Shown here piece after piece: positions 9,007 to 17,829 of a stretch of DNA of 37,648 nucleotides. The stretch spans positions 1 through 37,648 of the forward strand of contig JAAYTV010000002.1 of NCBI GenBank assembly GCA_012523655.1, read 5' to 3'. Positions within the stretch are counted from its first letter, which is position 1. Every line of letters starts with the position of its first letter. Source of the DNA: a bacterium. Its GTDB lineage: Bacteria; Zhuqueibacterota; Zhuqueibacteria; Residuimicrobiales; Residuimicrobiaceae. A model generated the notes under the pieces. The model did no database searches. It was not told the DNA's origin and saw only the letters and a program-made list of their open reading frames with translations. The position numbers and the translations under genes are program-made.

Positions 9007-10425
9007 TTAGACGTCCGTATCTTGCACCAGCCTGAATGGATGGGGGATTTTCAGCTTGAGCTTTCCATGTGACTGTGAGACCACACCAATAGGCTTGCCA
9101 TGGCGGGTGGCTGCGTAATAGCGCAGGGCCTCGCCAGGATTTGTTGTTTCTCCTTTACTTAGAAGCTGATGCAACTGGTCGGAGGAAAGCTCCATCAGGG
9201 AGCGCGTGATTTGGGCGCCCAACCACTGGGCAGCGCTGCTGGTGAGCTTCCAGAAATGTGATTTTTTCACTGCCAGCGGCAAACCGGTCTTGACCAGGCC
9301 CGAGTCCGGTATCGTAAGCCAGGCATTCGTAGTAAGCCAGAGCTTGTGGGTGTTGACGCGGAACCGATATGGCGCAAAAAAAGACGGTTCGATGCCCCAT
9401 AGCTGGTGCAGATTGGCTAGGATGGGCGAGATTTGCGGATCGTCGAATGGCTGGGTCGGCAACCAGCGAACCGGATGGTTCACCGGTCGAATCGGCAGTC
9501 CTGCGGTCTTGCGCAGACGGACGATAAAAAATCCCTCCATGGGATCTGGAAAGGGATAGATGCGCAGCGCCCGCTGCAAGGCGACGGGAAAAACATACCC
9601 CTGATGATGGCTCCAACCGGGCCGGGCTGAACTCAGCTTCCAGTCCGGCACCGGCTCCACCATAACCGGGTAACGCTGCAGAATGCGCTGCAGAACCATC
9701 TCATTTTCTTCCGGCGTCATGGAGCAGGTCGAATACACGATCACGCCGTTGATTTTGGCCGCCTTGATGGCGGAGATGAGCAATTGCTCCTGAATGTTGG
9801 CGATCGTCTGCAGATAATGAACGTTCCAGTGCTGCCGCTGCAACCGGGCGGTGTAAAAATTCAAACCCGAACACGGCGCATCCACCAGCACGCGGTCAAA
9901 GAACTCGGGCAACAACCGGCCGATCATCTGTCCGGGCAGATTCAGCAGCACATCGTTGGCCACCGCCGCCCGGCTGAGGTTGGCCATCAAAGGTTCCATG
10001 CGTTTGATGGACGAATCGTTCAACAGCAGGCGTCCCCGGTTCTTCATCAGCGCGGCGACTTGAATGGATTTGCCGCCGGGCGCAGCAGCAAGATCGAGCA
10101 CGGTTTCGTCGGGCTGCGGATCGAGAGCCAGAGCGGGCAGCTGCGACGAGATGCCCTGATAGCGAAACTCGCCCATCAAAAAGGAGAGCGTGTGGCTGAG
10201 CGGCAGGGGATCGGATGCAAGAATATAGCTTGCCGGATCCACGGGATGCGGCGCGTAGGTCATCCCCCATTGTTTCAATTTGTTTTCGAAACTTCTGCGA
10301 TCGCATTTAAACGAATTCACCGCCACAGTCGGTGGTTCCGGCACGGCGGCGAGAAAATCGGGCAGCTCGTCGCCTAACAAGGCTTTTAAATAAGCGATCA
10401 GTTCCACGGCATTGCTTCTCTGCAT
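9007..10425 (-). CDS. RsmB/RsmF/NOP2-family SAM-dependent RNA cytosine-C5 methyltransferase with a C-terminal extension
   Basis: SAM-binding motif VLDLAAAPGGKS and catalytic motifs RVLVDAPCSG and VIVYSTCSMTPEENE. Track ORF 9007..10461. I prefer the ATG at 10425 (MQRSNAVELIAYLKALLG), but the start is uncertain because there is no SD. Confidence 0.85.
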   Translation of the reverse strand: MQRSNAVELIAYLKALLGDELPDFLAAVPEPPTVAVNSFKCDRRSFENKLKQWGMTYAPHPVDPASYILASDPLPLSHTLSFLMGEFRYQGISSQLPALALDPQPDETVLDLAAAPGGKSIQVAALMKNRGRLLLNDSSIKRMEPLMANLSRAAVANDVLLNLPGQMIGRLLPEFFDRVLVDAPCSGLNFYTARLQRQHWNVHYLQTIANIQEQLLISAIKAAKINGVIVYSTCSMTPEENEMVLQRILQRYPVMVEPVPDWKLSSARPGWSHHQGYVFPVALQRALRIYPFPDPMEGFFIVRLRKTAGLPIRPVNHPVRWLPTQPFDDPQISPILANLHQLWGIEPSFFAPYRFRVNTHKLWLTTNAWLTIPDSGLVKTGLPLAVKKSHFWKLTSSAAQWLGAQITRSLMELSSDQLHQLLSKGETTNPGEALRYYAATRHGKPIGVVSQSHGKLKLKIPHPFRLVQDTDV

Positions 10426-10510
10426 TTTTTTGAAAAATACAAATATCCTCTGGCAATACAAATAAAAAAGTTATATATTAAAGGCTGAGATTTTCAAAAG
10501 GAAGGTATTC

Positions 10511-10870
10511 ATGACTTTTGACTGTATGACTTTTCCCTGCCAGGATGGTTGCTGCCGACTGGGAGTGCGCGCCACTGAAGCGGAAAAAAATCGTATCATC
10601 GCCTCCGGCCTGGGGACTGAGGCGGATTTTGATCTACATCCGATCGTCGAAGAGGACGGCGTCTATTATCACACGCAGGTGACTGAGCGGGGATGTGTGT
10701 TTCTTCAGCCCGACCGCGGCTGTCGTCTGCACGATCAAGGCGTCAAGCCGGAGATATGCATCTATTTTCCCTATGATCTGGAGGATGCGCAAGAGATGTA
10801 TGAGGAAGGCGCTATGCCGTGCTTTCATCATAGGGTTTTTGATCCGGATACGGGACGCTGCACCTGGTAG
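10511..10870 (+). CDS. Small Cys-cluster protein, paralog 1 (YkgJ/CxxCxxCC-like or DUF3109-like putative Fe-S/Zn protein)
   Basis: 119 aa with GGAAGG 7 nt upstream. N-terminal C-x4-C-x3-CC (FDCMTFPCQDGCC). Later it has RGCVFL..RGCRLHDQGVKPEICIYFP, which resembles the YkgJ pattern CvFL..C.IY..RP..C..FP. Confidence 0.75.
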   Translation: MTFDCMTFPCQDGCCRLGVRATEAEKNRIIASGLGTEADFDLHPIVEEDGVYYHTQVTERGCVFLQPDRGCRLHDQGVKPEICIYFPYDLEDAQEMYEEGAMPCFHHRVFDPDTGRCTW

Positions 10871-10977
10871 ATTTTACCAAATTATATCATACCGGATATA
10901 GATCAAGTTGCCGGAGAGGCGCGTCGCCGCGGTTCTTCAGCCGGCTGCAGGCAAACCACAATTGAAAAGGTAAGAGC

Positions 10978-11349
10978 ATGAGCGAAGAAGCGTTTGTCTT
11001 TGATTGTCTGAATTTTCCCTGTCAGGACGCCTGTTGTTCGTACGGCGTGGACGTGCGGCCGGAAGAGCGCGAACGCCTCATCCGTGGGGGGTACGCTACA
11101 GCGGAGGATTTCACCGGTCCGACAGAGGAGGATGGAGAACTTTATTACCGCACCCGCGTCAACGGACGCCGCTGCGTGTTCTTGAAAGAAAACGCACGTG
11201 GCTGCCGTTTGCATGAGTTTGATGTCAAGCCAGAGGTCTGCAACGTGTTTCCATGCGATGAGGAGGAAGCCCGGGAGATGTACGAAGACGGAACCCTGCC
11301 CTGCTTTCCCCACATCTCTTTTCCGGTGCCCAGCGCCGAGTCCGAGTAG
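10978..11349 (+). CDS. Small Cys-cluster protein, paralog 2
   Basis: 123 aa, colinear with the 10511 gene: FDCLNFPCQDACC .. RRCVFL..RGCRLHEFDVKPEVCNVFP .. REMYEDGTLPCFPH. Identity is roughly 45-50% by eye and all Cys positions are conserved. Confidence 0.75.
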   Translation: MSEEAFVFDCLNFPCQDACCSYGVDVRPEERERLIRGGYATAEDFTGPTEEDGELYYRTRVNGRRCVFLKENARGCRLHEFDVKPEVCNVFPCDEEEAREMYEDGTLPCFPHISFPVPSAESE

Positions 11350-11373
11350 AGCGCCGGGCTGGTCCGCCGGGGT

Positions 11374-11850
11374 TTACGTGGTCTGCTTTTTTTGCTCCAG
11401 GGCCTGCATCAGAGATCGCCAGGCTAACATCGCGCATTTGACGCGCGAGGGGTACGCACAAACGCCCTGCAGGGCGTTCAACTCATCCAGCTCTTCATCT
11501 GACGCATGGGGACGGCAGGCGGCGCTGCAGCCAGTGCCGTTGTGCTCGTCCGCCTCCCTCTTCAGCATACGCTGAAACCGCTCGATCACCTTTCTGGCTT
11601 CGTCTATGCCAAGTCCTTTGATCTTTTCGGTCATCAACGAAGCGGATGCCTGACTGATGACGCAGCCATGGCCTTCAAAGGCCATGGCGGAAATTTTATC
11701 CTGATCAAAGCGCACGGTCAATAGGATCTCATCGCCGCAAAATGGATTTTTCAGGTCCACCGTGAGGTCTGCATTTTCCACGCGACCTTTGTTGCGCGGA
11801 TGTTTGTAATGATCGAGCAGGATCTCCTGGTAAAGTTCATCTAGAGCCAT
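11374..11850 (-). CDS. sufU: SUF-system Fe-S cluster scaffold/sulfur-transfer protein SufU (NifU/IscU-like)
   Basis: LYQEILLDHYKHPRNKG, NPFCGD, FEGHGCVISQASAS and ALQGV..PSRVKCAMLAW match SufU, with conserved Cys38, Cys63 and Cys139. It overlaps sufS by 10 nt. Confidence 0.9.
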   Translation of the reverse strand: MALDELYQEILLDHYKHPRNKGRVENADLTVDLKNPFCGDEILLTVRFDQDKISAMAFEGHGCVISQASASLMTEKIKGLGIDEARKVIERFQRMLKREADEHNGTGCSAACRPHASDEELDELNALQGVCAYPSRVKCAMLAWRSLMQALEQKKQTT

Positions 11851-13067
11851 TTTTTGAAATAGTCCTTTGCTTGATCCAGTGCGGCGGCCAACCGGCGTAC
11901 ATCTTCCTCATCGTTATACAGGTAGAAACTGGCCCGCACCGTGGCCGCCACCTTGAGCCGTTTCATGACCAGCTGGCAGCAATGATGGCCGGAACGCACT
12001 GCTACGCGTTCCTGATCCAGATAAGTAGCCAGATCATGGGGATGGATGTTCTCCAGGTTGAACGACACCACCGGTCCGTGCGCTTTCAGCGGGCCATAGA
12101 CCTGGAGGCCGGGGATAGCGCTGAGCCGCTGCATCGCCGCTCGGCCGAGCTGAATATCGTGCGTCTCAATCGCCTCCAGGCCGAGCCCGTCCAGATAATC
12201 CAAGGCTGCGGCCAAACCAACGGCGCCAGCCAGATTCTGCGTGCCGGCCTCCAGCTTCCAGGGCAGGTCGTTCCAGGTTGTTTTATGCTGTTCAACCCGG
12301 CTGATCATATTGCCGCCGAACAGCAGCGGATCCATCTCCTCCAGCAGCGAACGTCGGCCATATAATACGCCGATGCCCAGAGGGCCGAGCATTTTATGGG
12401 CTGAGAAAGCGACCAAGTCCGCATCCAACGCCTGCACATCCAAGCGTGCATGCGGGGCACTCTGGGCTGCGTCGATCAGCACCAGGCTGCCGGCTCCATG
12501 CGCAGCTGCGATTATCTCCTCTACCGGATGAATGGTGCCCAGACTGTTGGACATGTGCGCCACTGCGACCAACCGGGTGCGCGGGCTCAGCAGCTGATGG
12601 AATTGGTCCATGAGCAACCGGCCCTGCTCGTCGAACTCGATGAATTTCAACTGAGCGCCGGTGCGGCGGCACACCTGCTGCCATGGAACCAGATTACTGT
12701 GGTGCTCCATCTCGCTGATCAGGATTTCGTCGCCGGGGCGAAGAAATTTGCCCGCCCAACCAAAGGCCGCCAGATTGATGGATTCCGTGGTGTTACGCGT
12801 AAAGATAATCTCTTCGGTCGCAGCCGCGTTGATGAACCTGCGAACGCGTTCCCGCGCCGCCTCATAACGGAGCGTCGCCCGCTCTGCCAGTGCATAGCTG
12901 CTGCGATGGGCGTTGGCGTTCTCCTGCTCATAAAAGCGATTCATGGCCGCCAACACGCTTCGAGGCTTTTGCGAAGTGGCGGCGCTATCCAGATAGACCC
13001 ATCCTTCGTTCTCCATTTGTTGAAAGATGGGAAAGTCACGGCGTATTTTGCCTACATCAAGAGCCAT
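11841..13067 (-). CDS. sufS: Cysteine desulfurase SufS (class V aminotransferase, group II)
   Basis: 408 aa. It starts FPIFQQ..VYLDSAATSQKP, has the PLP-Lys block FSAHKMLGP and the active-site loop VRSGHHCCQ, and sits in suf context. Confidence 0.92.
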   Translation of the reverse strand: MALDVGKIRRDFPIFQQMENEGWVYLDSAATSQKPRSVLAAMNRFYEQENANAHRSSYALAERATLRYEAARERVRRFINAAATEEIIFTRNTTESINLAAFGWAGKFLRPGDEILISEMEHHSNLVPWQQVCRRTGAQLKFIEFDEQGRLLMDQFHQLLSPRTRLVAVAHMSNSLGTIHPVEEIIAAAHGAGSLVLIDAAQSAPHARLDVQALDADLVAFSAHKMLGPLGIGVLYGRRSLLEEMDPLLFGGNMISRVEQHKTTWNDLPWKLEAGTQNLAGAVGLAAALDYLDGLGLEAIETHDIQLGRAAMQRLSAIPGLQVYGPLKAHGPVVSFNLENIHPHDLATYLDQERVAVRSGHHCCQLVMKRLKVAATVRASFYLYNDEEDVRRLAAALDQAKDYFKKWL

Positions 13068-13386
13068 AACCGGCCTCTTCGGTTACATTGATTCGAACCA
13101 CACCGTTCTCCACCGTCACCGGATACACGCTCACCGCCTCGTACGCCGGCGGCGTCAGAGCTGCGCCGGATGCCAGATCGAACAGCGCACCGTGTCTGGG
13201 ACAGGCTATCTTTCCAGGACTTGCATAACCATCGGCCAAGGGATTATTCTCATGGCTGCAACGGTCCTCCAAGGCGTACACTCGATCCCCTTGCCGCAGC
13301 ACGAGGATTTTTTTTCCGAACACTCTTACCGTACGCGGCGTGTTGTCCACCAGTTCGGACAAGGCCATCAATGAAATCCAGGGCAT
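13057..13386 (-). CDS. Rieske (2Fe-2S) domain ferredoxin-like protein
   Basis: 109 aa with CSH (..EDRCSHENNPL) and CPRH (..IACPRHGALFD) Rieske ligand boxes. It overlaps the sufS start by 11 nt. Confidence 0.85.
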   Translation of the reverse strand: MPWISLMALSELVDNTPRTVRVFGKKILVLRQGDRVYALEDRCSHENNPLADGYASPGKIACPRHGALFDLASGAALTPPAYEAVSVYPVTVENGVVRINVTEEAGYGS

Positions 13387-13423
13387 CGTTTTTCCTGTAT
13401 ACCGTTCATTCGGTTGACCCGGC

Positions 13424-13747
13424 TTACAACCAGCCCAACTCCAGCCGGGCCTCTTCGCTCATACGATCCATACTCCAGGGGGGATCCCATACCAGCGTGA
13501 CCGCCACGTCGTTCACACCAGTCATGGCGGTGACCGCCTTTTTAACCTGGCTCGGCAGAATTTCCGCCACCGGACACAGCGGCGACGTCAGAGTCATGCG
13601 GATCGAGATGCGATCCGGATCGTCCACATCGATGTCATAGATCAAACCCAGATCGTAGATGTTGACCGGAATTTCGGGATCAAAGCACAGGCGCAGCGCA
13701 TGAATGGTTTGATCCAGGCGCGTTGATTTATCGTTTTTCTCTTTCAT
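13424..13747 (-). CDS. sufT: SufT-like Fe-S assembly protein (DUF59/MIP18 family)
   Basis: 107 aa. CFDPEIPVNIYDLGLIY .. MTLTSPLCPVAE .. is the DUF59 signature. There is an ATGA overlap with the sufD stop. Confidence 0.85.
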   Translation of the reverse strand: MKEKNDKSTRLDQTIHALRLCFDPEIPVNIYDLGLIYDIDVDDPDRISIRMTLTSPLCPVAEILPSQVKKAVTAMTGVNDVAVTLVWDPPWSMDRMSEEARLELGWL

Positions 13748-15045
13748 CCTTGATCCAGCTGCAAAAACTCATACACCCAGTTATCCACCTGCCCGCGCAG
13801 ATGCGGGATGCGAATGCGGTCGACGATCTCTCCGGCAAAAGCGTGCACCAGCAGGCCGACGGCATCCTTTCGGCTCAGTCCGCGGGTCTGCAGGTAGAAC
13901 AGCGCCTCTGGGTCCAATTGACCGACCGTGCCGCCATGGGTGCAGCGTACGTCATCGGCCAAGATCTCCAGCTGCGGCTGCGCGTGTACCGTTGCGCGGT
14001 CGGAGAGGAGCAGGTTTCTATTCGATTGCAGTGCATCTGTTTTTTGCGCGTCCGCCGACACCTTGATGCGACCGTTGAACACCGCTCCGCCCTCGCCGGT
14101 CAGAATGCCTTTGTACAACTGACGGCTGCTGCCATGAGGCTGTTGGTGGTGGAGCAGCGTATGATGGTCGATCCATTGCCCGCTTTGGGCCAGATATAAT
14201 CCATCCGACCCAGTCTCGATCCCTGTGCCGTCCAGGGTTACGGTCAGGTCGGTGCGCTCCAGGCGGCTGCCAAAGGAAAGAGCGTGCCATTGATAGCGGC
14301 TGTCAGCTCTTTGATGGACCGCTGTCCGGCTCACATGAAAAGCGGAAAGCGCCTCTCTCTGCACTTTATAATGATCCACCACAGCGTTTTCCTGCAAAAG
14401 CCACTCTGAAACATGGTTGGTGAAATAACCGCCGAGGCCGATGAACGTTTCCACTATGGTGGCTCGGCTGGAAGGGCCGAACACAAAGAGATTGCGCGGA
14501 TGCACCGCGGCTGCGCCGTCGCCCACCGTAACATAGTAAAGGTGAAGTGGGCGCTCGAGGTCAACGCCGCTCTCCAGCTCAACCAAAGCGCCCTGCTCAA
14601 AGAGTGCGGTGTTGAGGCTGGTGAACGGATAGTCCGTGGAATCGGCAATCCGGCCCAGGTGCTGTTGCCAAGCGGCTTTTCCGTTGCCCTGAAGGATCTC
14701 CGCCACAGTGGTCAGATTTGCTCCTTTGATATCCGTGGGGCGTGTGGACCAGTGCGGCTCCAGCCGGCCGTTGACAAAGACCAGTCGAAGCGCGTCGCTG
14801 TCCCAGTAGGTCAACGGCCGCAGCAGCTCTTCCGCCTCTGTGAGCGGCAGCGCCGGCGCAGGGCACCAGTCGATCTCGCTGATCTGCTCCACGTCGGTAA
14901 AACGCCACGCCTCATGTCGCCGGCTTGGAAGTCCCTGCTGAATAAACTGCTCCCGCCCGGCCTGTCTGAGCGCCTGCAACTGTTCCGGAAGCCGGCCCTG
15001 ATTTTTTTTCTCCCAACCGGCTAAAAGGTCGTTAAACGGTTTCAT
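13744..15045 (-). CDS. sufD: Fe-S cluster assembly protein SufD
   Basis: 433 aa with an N-terminal ..[14 protein letters not shown].. block and a C-terminal beta-helix block ([14 protein letters not shown]...P.LEI.ADDV.C.HG.TVG). It overlaps the sufC stop by 4 nt. Confidence 0.9.
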   Translation of the reverse strand: MKPFNDLLAGWEKKNQGRLPEQLQALRQAGREQFIQQGLPSRRHEAWRFTDVEQISEIDWCPAPALPLTEAEELLRPLTYWDSDALRLVFVNGRLEPHWSTRPTDIKGANLTTVAEILQGNGKAAWQQHLGRIADSTDYPFTSLNTALFEQGALVELESGVDLERPLHLYYVTVGDGAAAVHPRNLFVFGPSSRATIVETFIGLGGYFTNHVSEWLLQENAVVDHYKVQREALSAFHVSRTAVHQRADSRYQWHALSFGSRLERTDLTVTLDGTGIETGSDGLYLAQSGQWIDHHTLLHHQQPHGSSRQLYKGILTGEGGAVFNGRIKVSADAQKTDALQSNRNLLLSDRATVHAQPQLEILADDVRCTHGGTVGQLDPEALFYLQTRGLSRKDAVGLLVHAFAGEIVDRIRIPHLRGQVDNWVYEFLQLDQG

Positions 15046-15803
15046 GTGGTCCTGAGGGATTGTTGTGTTTTAATCTCATCATAGCCATGGGTCTCCAGGT
15101 CCAGGGCCAGCTCTTTGCCTCCGGTTTTGACGATTCGGCCGTCGTAGAGCACGTGGACCACATCCGGAACGATATAATTCAGCAGCCGTTGATAGTGCGT
15201 GATCACCAGAAAACAGTTGTCCCGGTTGCGCAGACGGTTGACGCCCTGGGCTACGACTTTGAGCGCATCGATATCCAGGCCGGAATCGGTCTCGTCGAGA
15301 ACCGCCAGGCGCGGCTCCAGCACAGCCATCTGCAGCACTTCGTTGCGCTTTTTTTCTCCACCGGAAAAGCCTTCATTCACCGAGCGGTTCAGGAAAGAGG
15401 GATCCATCTCCACGCCGGCGGCTTTTTCGCGAATCCATTTGATAAAGTCGCCGGCGGACATGGGCGACAGCCCACGATGACGGCGCATCTCATTCAGCGC
15501 GGTGCGGAGAAAGTAGGAGGTGTTGACGCCGGGGATTTCCACCGGATATTGAAAGGCGAGAAAAAGCCCTTCACGCGCCCGCTCCTCTGGACTCATGGCC
15601 AAAAGGTCCTTGCCCTGAAAAAGCACAGCGCCGGCGGTGACCGTGTACTCGGCCCGTCCGGCCAGGACTTGGGCCAACGTGCTCTTGCCGGATCCGTTGG
15701 GGCCCATGATCGCATGCACCTCGCCCGGTCGAATGTGCAGGCTGATGCCCTTGAGAATTTTATTGCCTTCGATGGAAGCATGAAGGCTGTCGATGACTAA
15801 CAT
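15042..15803 (-). CDS. sufC: Fe-S cluster assembly ATPase SufC
   Basis: Walker [13 protein letters not shown] signature FSGGEKKR and Walker [13 protein letters not shown], in typical SufC context. Confidence 0.95.
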   Translation of the reverse strand: MLVIDSLHASIEGNKILKGISLHIRPGEVHAIMGPNGSGKSTLAQVLAGRAEYTVTAGAVLFQGKDLLAMSPEERAREGLFLAFQYPVEIPGVNTSYFLRTALNEMRRHRGLSPMSAGDFIKWIREKAAGVEMDPSFLNRSVNEGFSGGEKKRNEVLQMAVLEPRLAVLDETDSGLDIDALKVVAQGVNRLRNRDNCFLVITHYQRLLNYIVPDVVHVLYDGRIVKTGGKELALDLETHGYDEIKTQQSLRTT

Positions 15804-15863
15804 GTAGTTGCTCCAGGATAGGTATTCTGCTACGGATTAAAAAATCAGTCTCCAGCCGATCTG

Positions 15864-17309
15864 TCAGCCCACACTGCCCTCGAGGCTGATGCTCAACAGC
15901 TTTTGCGCTTCCACTGCAAACTCCATGGGCAGCTCGGCCAGCACCTCTTTGCAAAAGCCGTTGACAATCATGGAAACCGCATCCTCCCGGCTGATGCCGC
16001 GCTGATTGAGATAAAAGATCTGGTCGTCGCCGATTTTGCTGGTGGTGGCCTCATGCTCCACCTTGGCCGTACGGTTATGCACCTCCAGATAGGGAAAGGT
16101 GTGTGCGCCGCAATGGTTGCCGATGAGCAACGAATCGCACTGGGAAAAGTTGCGTGCGTTGGCTGCGCTTTTAGTCATCTTGACCAGACCGCGATAGCTG
16201 TTCTGGCCAAATCCGGCGGAGATGCCCTTGGATACGATGGTGCTGCGGGTGTTTTTGCCGATGTGAACCATTTTGGTGCCTGTGTCCGCCTGCTGCCGGT
16301 GGTTGGTCAGGGCGACGGAGTAGAACTCGCCGACGGAGTCATCGCCCTTGAGCACACAACCCGGATATTTCCAGGTGATGGCAGAGCCGGTCTCCACCTG
16401 GGTCCAGGAGATTTTGGCGCGATCGCCTGCGCACAGACCGCGCTTGGTGACGAAATTGTAGATGCCGCCTTTGCCGTCCGAATCGCCCGGATACCAGTTC
16501 TGCACCGTAGAATATTTGATCCGGCTGTCTTTTTGCGCCACCAGCTCGACCACCGCGGCGTGCAATTGGTTTTCGTCGCGAATGGGCGCAGTGCAGCCCT
16601 CCAGATAGCTGACGCTGCTGCCCTCTTCCGCGATGATCAGGGTGCGTTCGAACTGACCGGTGTTGGCGGCGTTGATGCGAAAGTAGGTGGAGAGCTCTAT
16701 GGGGCAGTGTACGCCTGCGGGCACATAGACGAAGGAGCCGTCGGTGAACACCGCCGAGTTAAGCGCGGCGAAGAAATTGTCCGTATACGGCACCACAGAA
16801 CCTAGATACCTCTCCACATGGTCGGCGTGCTGCTGCACCGCCTCTGAGAAAGAACAAAAGATGATCCCCAATTCCGCCAGCTTGTCCTTAAAGGTCGTGG
16901 CCACAGATACGCTGTCCAGCACCGCATCCACCGCCACGCCGGCGAGCTGTTCCTGTTCCGCCAGGGGGATGCCCAATTTTTGATATAGTCTGAGGATGGT
17001 TGGATCGACCTCGGCCAGTCTTTGAGGGCCGTTGTGCGATTTCGGCGCGGAATAATAGATGATGTCCTGATAGTTGATGGCTCCGTAGTGTACGTTGGCC
17101 CAGGCCGGCTCTTTCATCTTTTGCCAATGGCGAAATGCATTCAGCCGCCACTCGAGCATGAACGGCGGTTCGTTTTTCTTGGCCGAGATCATGCGGATGA
17201 TCTCTTCGTTCAGTCCTTTGGGGACCTGTTCAACGGCGATATCGAAGCTAAAGCCGTATTTGTACTCTTGCTGAGCGAGTTGTTCCAGGGGATTGGCGTT
17301 GTCGTTCAT
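15864..17309 (-). CDS. sufB: Fe-S cluster assembly scaffold SufB
   Basis: 481 aa with highly conserved SufB blocks: [39 protein letters not shown], and HEA..SKI.. at the C-terminal end. Confidence 0.95.
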   Translation of the reverse strand: MNDNANPLEQLAQQEYKYGFSFDIAVEQVPKGLNEEIIRMISAKKNEPPFMLEWRLNAFRHWQKMKEPAWANVHYGAINYQDIIYYSAPKSHNGPQRLAEVDPTILRLYQKLGIPLAEQEQLAGVAVDAVLDSVSVATTFKDKLAELGIIFCSFSEAVQQHADHVERYLGSVVPYTDNFFAALNSAVFTDGSFVYVPAGVHCPIELSTYFRINAANTGQFERTLIIAEEGSSVSYLEGCTAPIRDENQLHAAVVELVAQKDSRIKYSTVQNWYPGDSDGKGGIYNFVTKRGLCAGDRAKISWTQVETGSAITWKYPGCVLKGDDSVGEFYSVALTNHRQQADTGTKMVHIGKNTRSTIVSKGISAGFGQNSYRGLVKMTKSAANARNFSQCDSLLIGNHCGAHTFPYLEVHNRTAKVEHEATTSKIGDDQIFYLNQRGISREDAVSMIVNGFCKEVLAELPMEFAVEAQKLLSISLEGSVG

Positions 17310-17698
17310 AGATCCGCCACTTTAACGGTTTTCAATAATTGGCGCATGTGCGTTTTCAGCGGAGCGAGGGACTTTTTCAGCCTGCAGCCCGGCGCTCTGG
17401 AGCAGACGCGGCCGCCGCGGCGGCAGGCCGTCAGGGTGACCGGGCCGTCGATCATTTCGACCAGCTCCATCAGCGACAGACGCCTGAGATCCTTATGCAG
17501 CGCAAAGCCGCCGGAGGCGCCTTGGGTGGAGACCACGATTCGTTTGCGCGCCAGTTTCTGCAGGAGCTTGGCCAGCAGGGGCCGGGAGAGCTGCAAGGCC
17601 GCGGCCAAGTCTTTAACCGTGGCGCTTCGATCCGTCTGCTGGTTAAGATGTCGCAGGGCCAAAATGCAGTATTCGGCTTTTTTGGAAAGTCTAAGCAT
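17306..17698 (-). CDS. Rrf2-family transcriptional regulator with IscR-like cluster-ligand cysteines
   Basis: [18 protein letters not shown] is a winged-helix Rrf2 N-terminus. Cys92-x6-Cys99-x5-Cys105 ([15 protein letters not shown]) resembles the IscR ligand spacing. It is the first gene of the suf operon and overlaps sufB by 4 nt. Confidence 0.88.
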   Translation of the reverse strand: MLRLSKKAEYCILALRHLNQQTDRSATVKDLAAALQLSRPLLAKLLQKLARKRIVVSTQGASGGFALHKDLRRLSLMELVEMIDGPVTLTACRRGGRVCSRAPGCRLKKSLAPLKTHMRQLLKTVKVADL

Positions 17699-17702
17699 TT
17701 TA

Positions 17703-17731
17703 AATTAAGACCATTTTAGTCCTATTTACAA
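17703..17731 (-). promoter_or_regulatory. Putative suf-operon promoter with an embedded imperfect palindrome (candidate Rrf2 operator). It implies a near-leaderless rrf2 transcript.
   Basis: The minus strand reads TTGTAA (17731-17726), a 17-nt spacer, TTAATT (17708-17703), TAAA, then the ATG (17698). The spacer contains TAGGACT-N5-GGTCTTA (17706-17724; 5 of 7 arm positions pair). No SD-like tract precedes the ATG. Confidence 0.35.
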
Positions 17732-17777
17732 AAACAACATCCTTTTAATCCGGTTTATTCCTTCCTGCAGCCGGGAC

Positions 17778-17807
17778 AAAAAAAAAGCGACCCGCTCAAC
17801 GGGTCGC
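17778..17807 (-). terminator. Rho-independent terminator downstream of ppiD
   Basis: Stem GCGACCCG/CGGGTCGC (17787-17794 / 17800-17807) with a 5-nt loop. On the minus strand it is followed by T9 (A-run 17778-17786). It lies 23 nt past the ppiD stop. Confidence 0.75.
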
Positions 17808-17829
17808 CCGATGTGTAAAAACCATGCGG

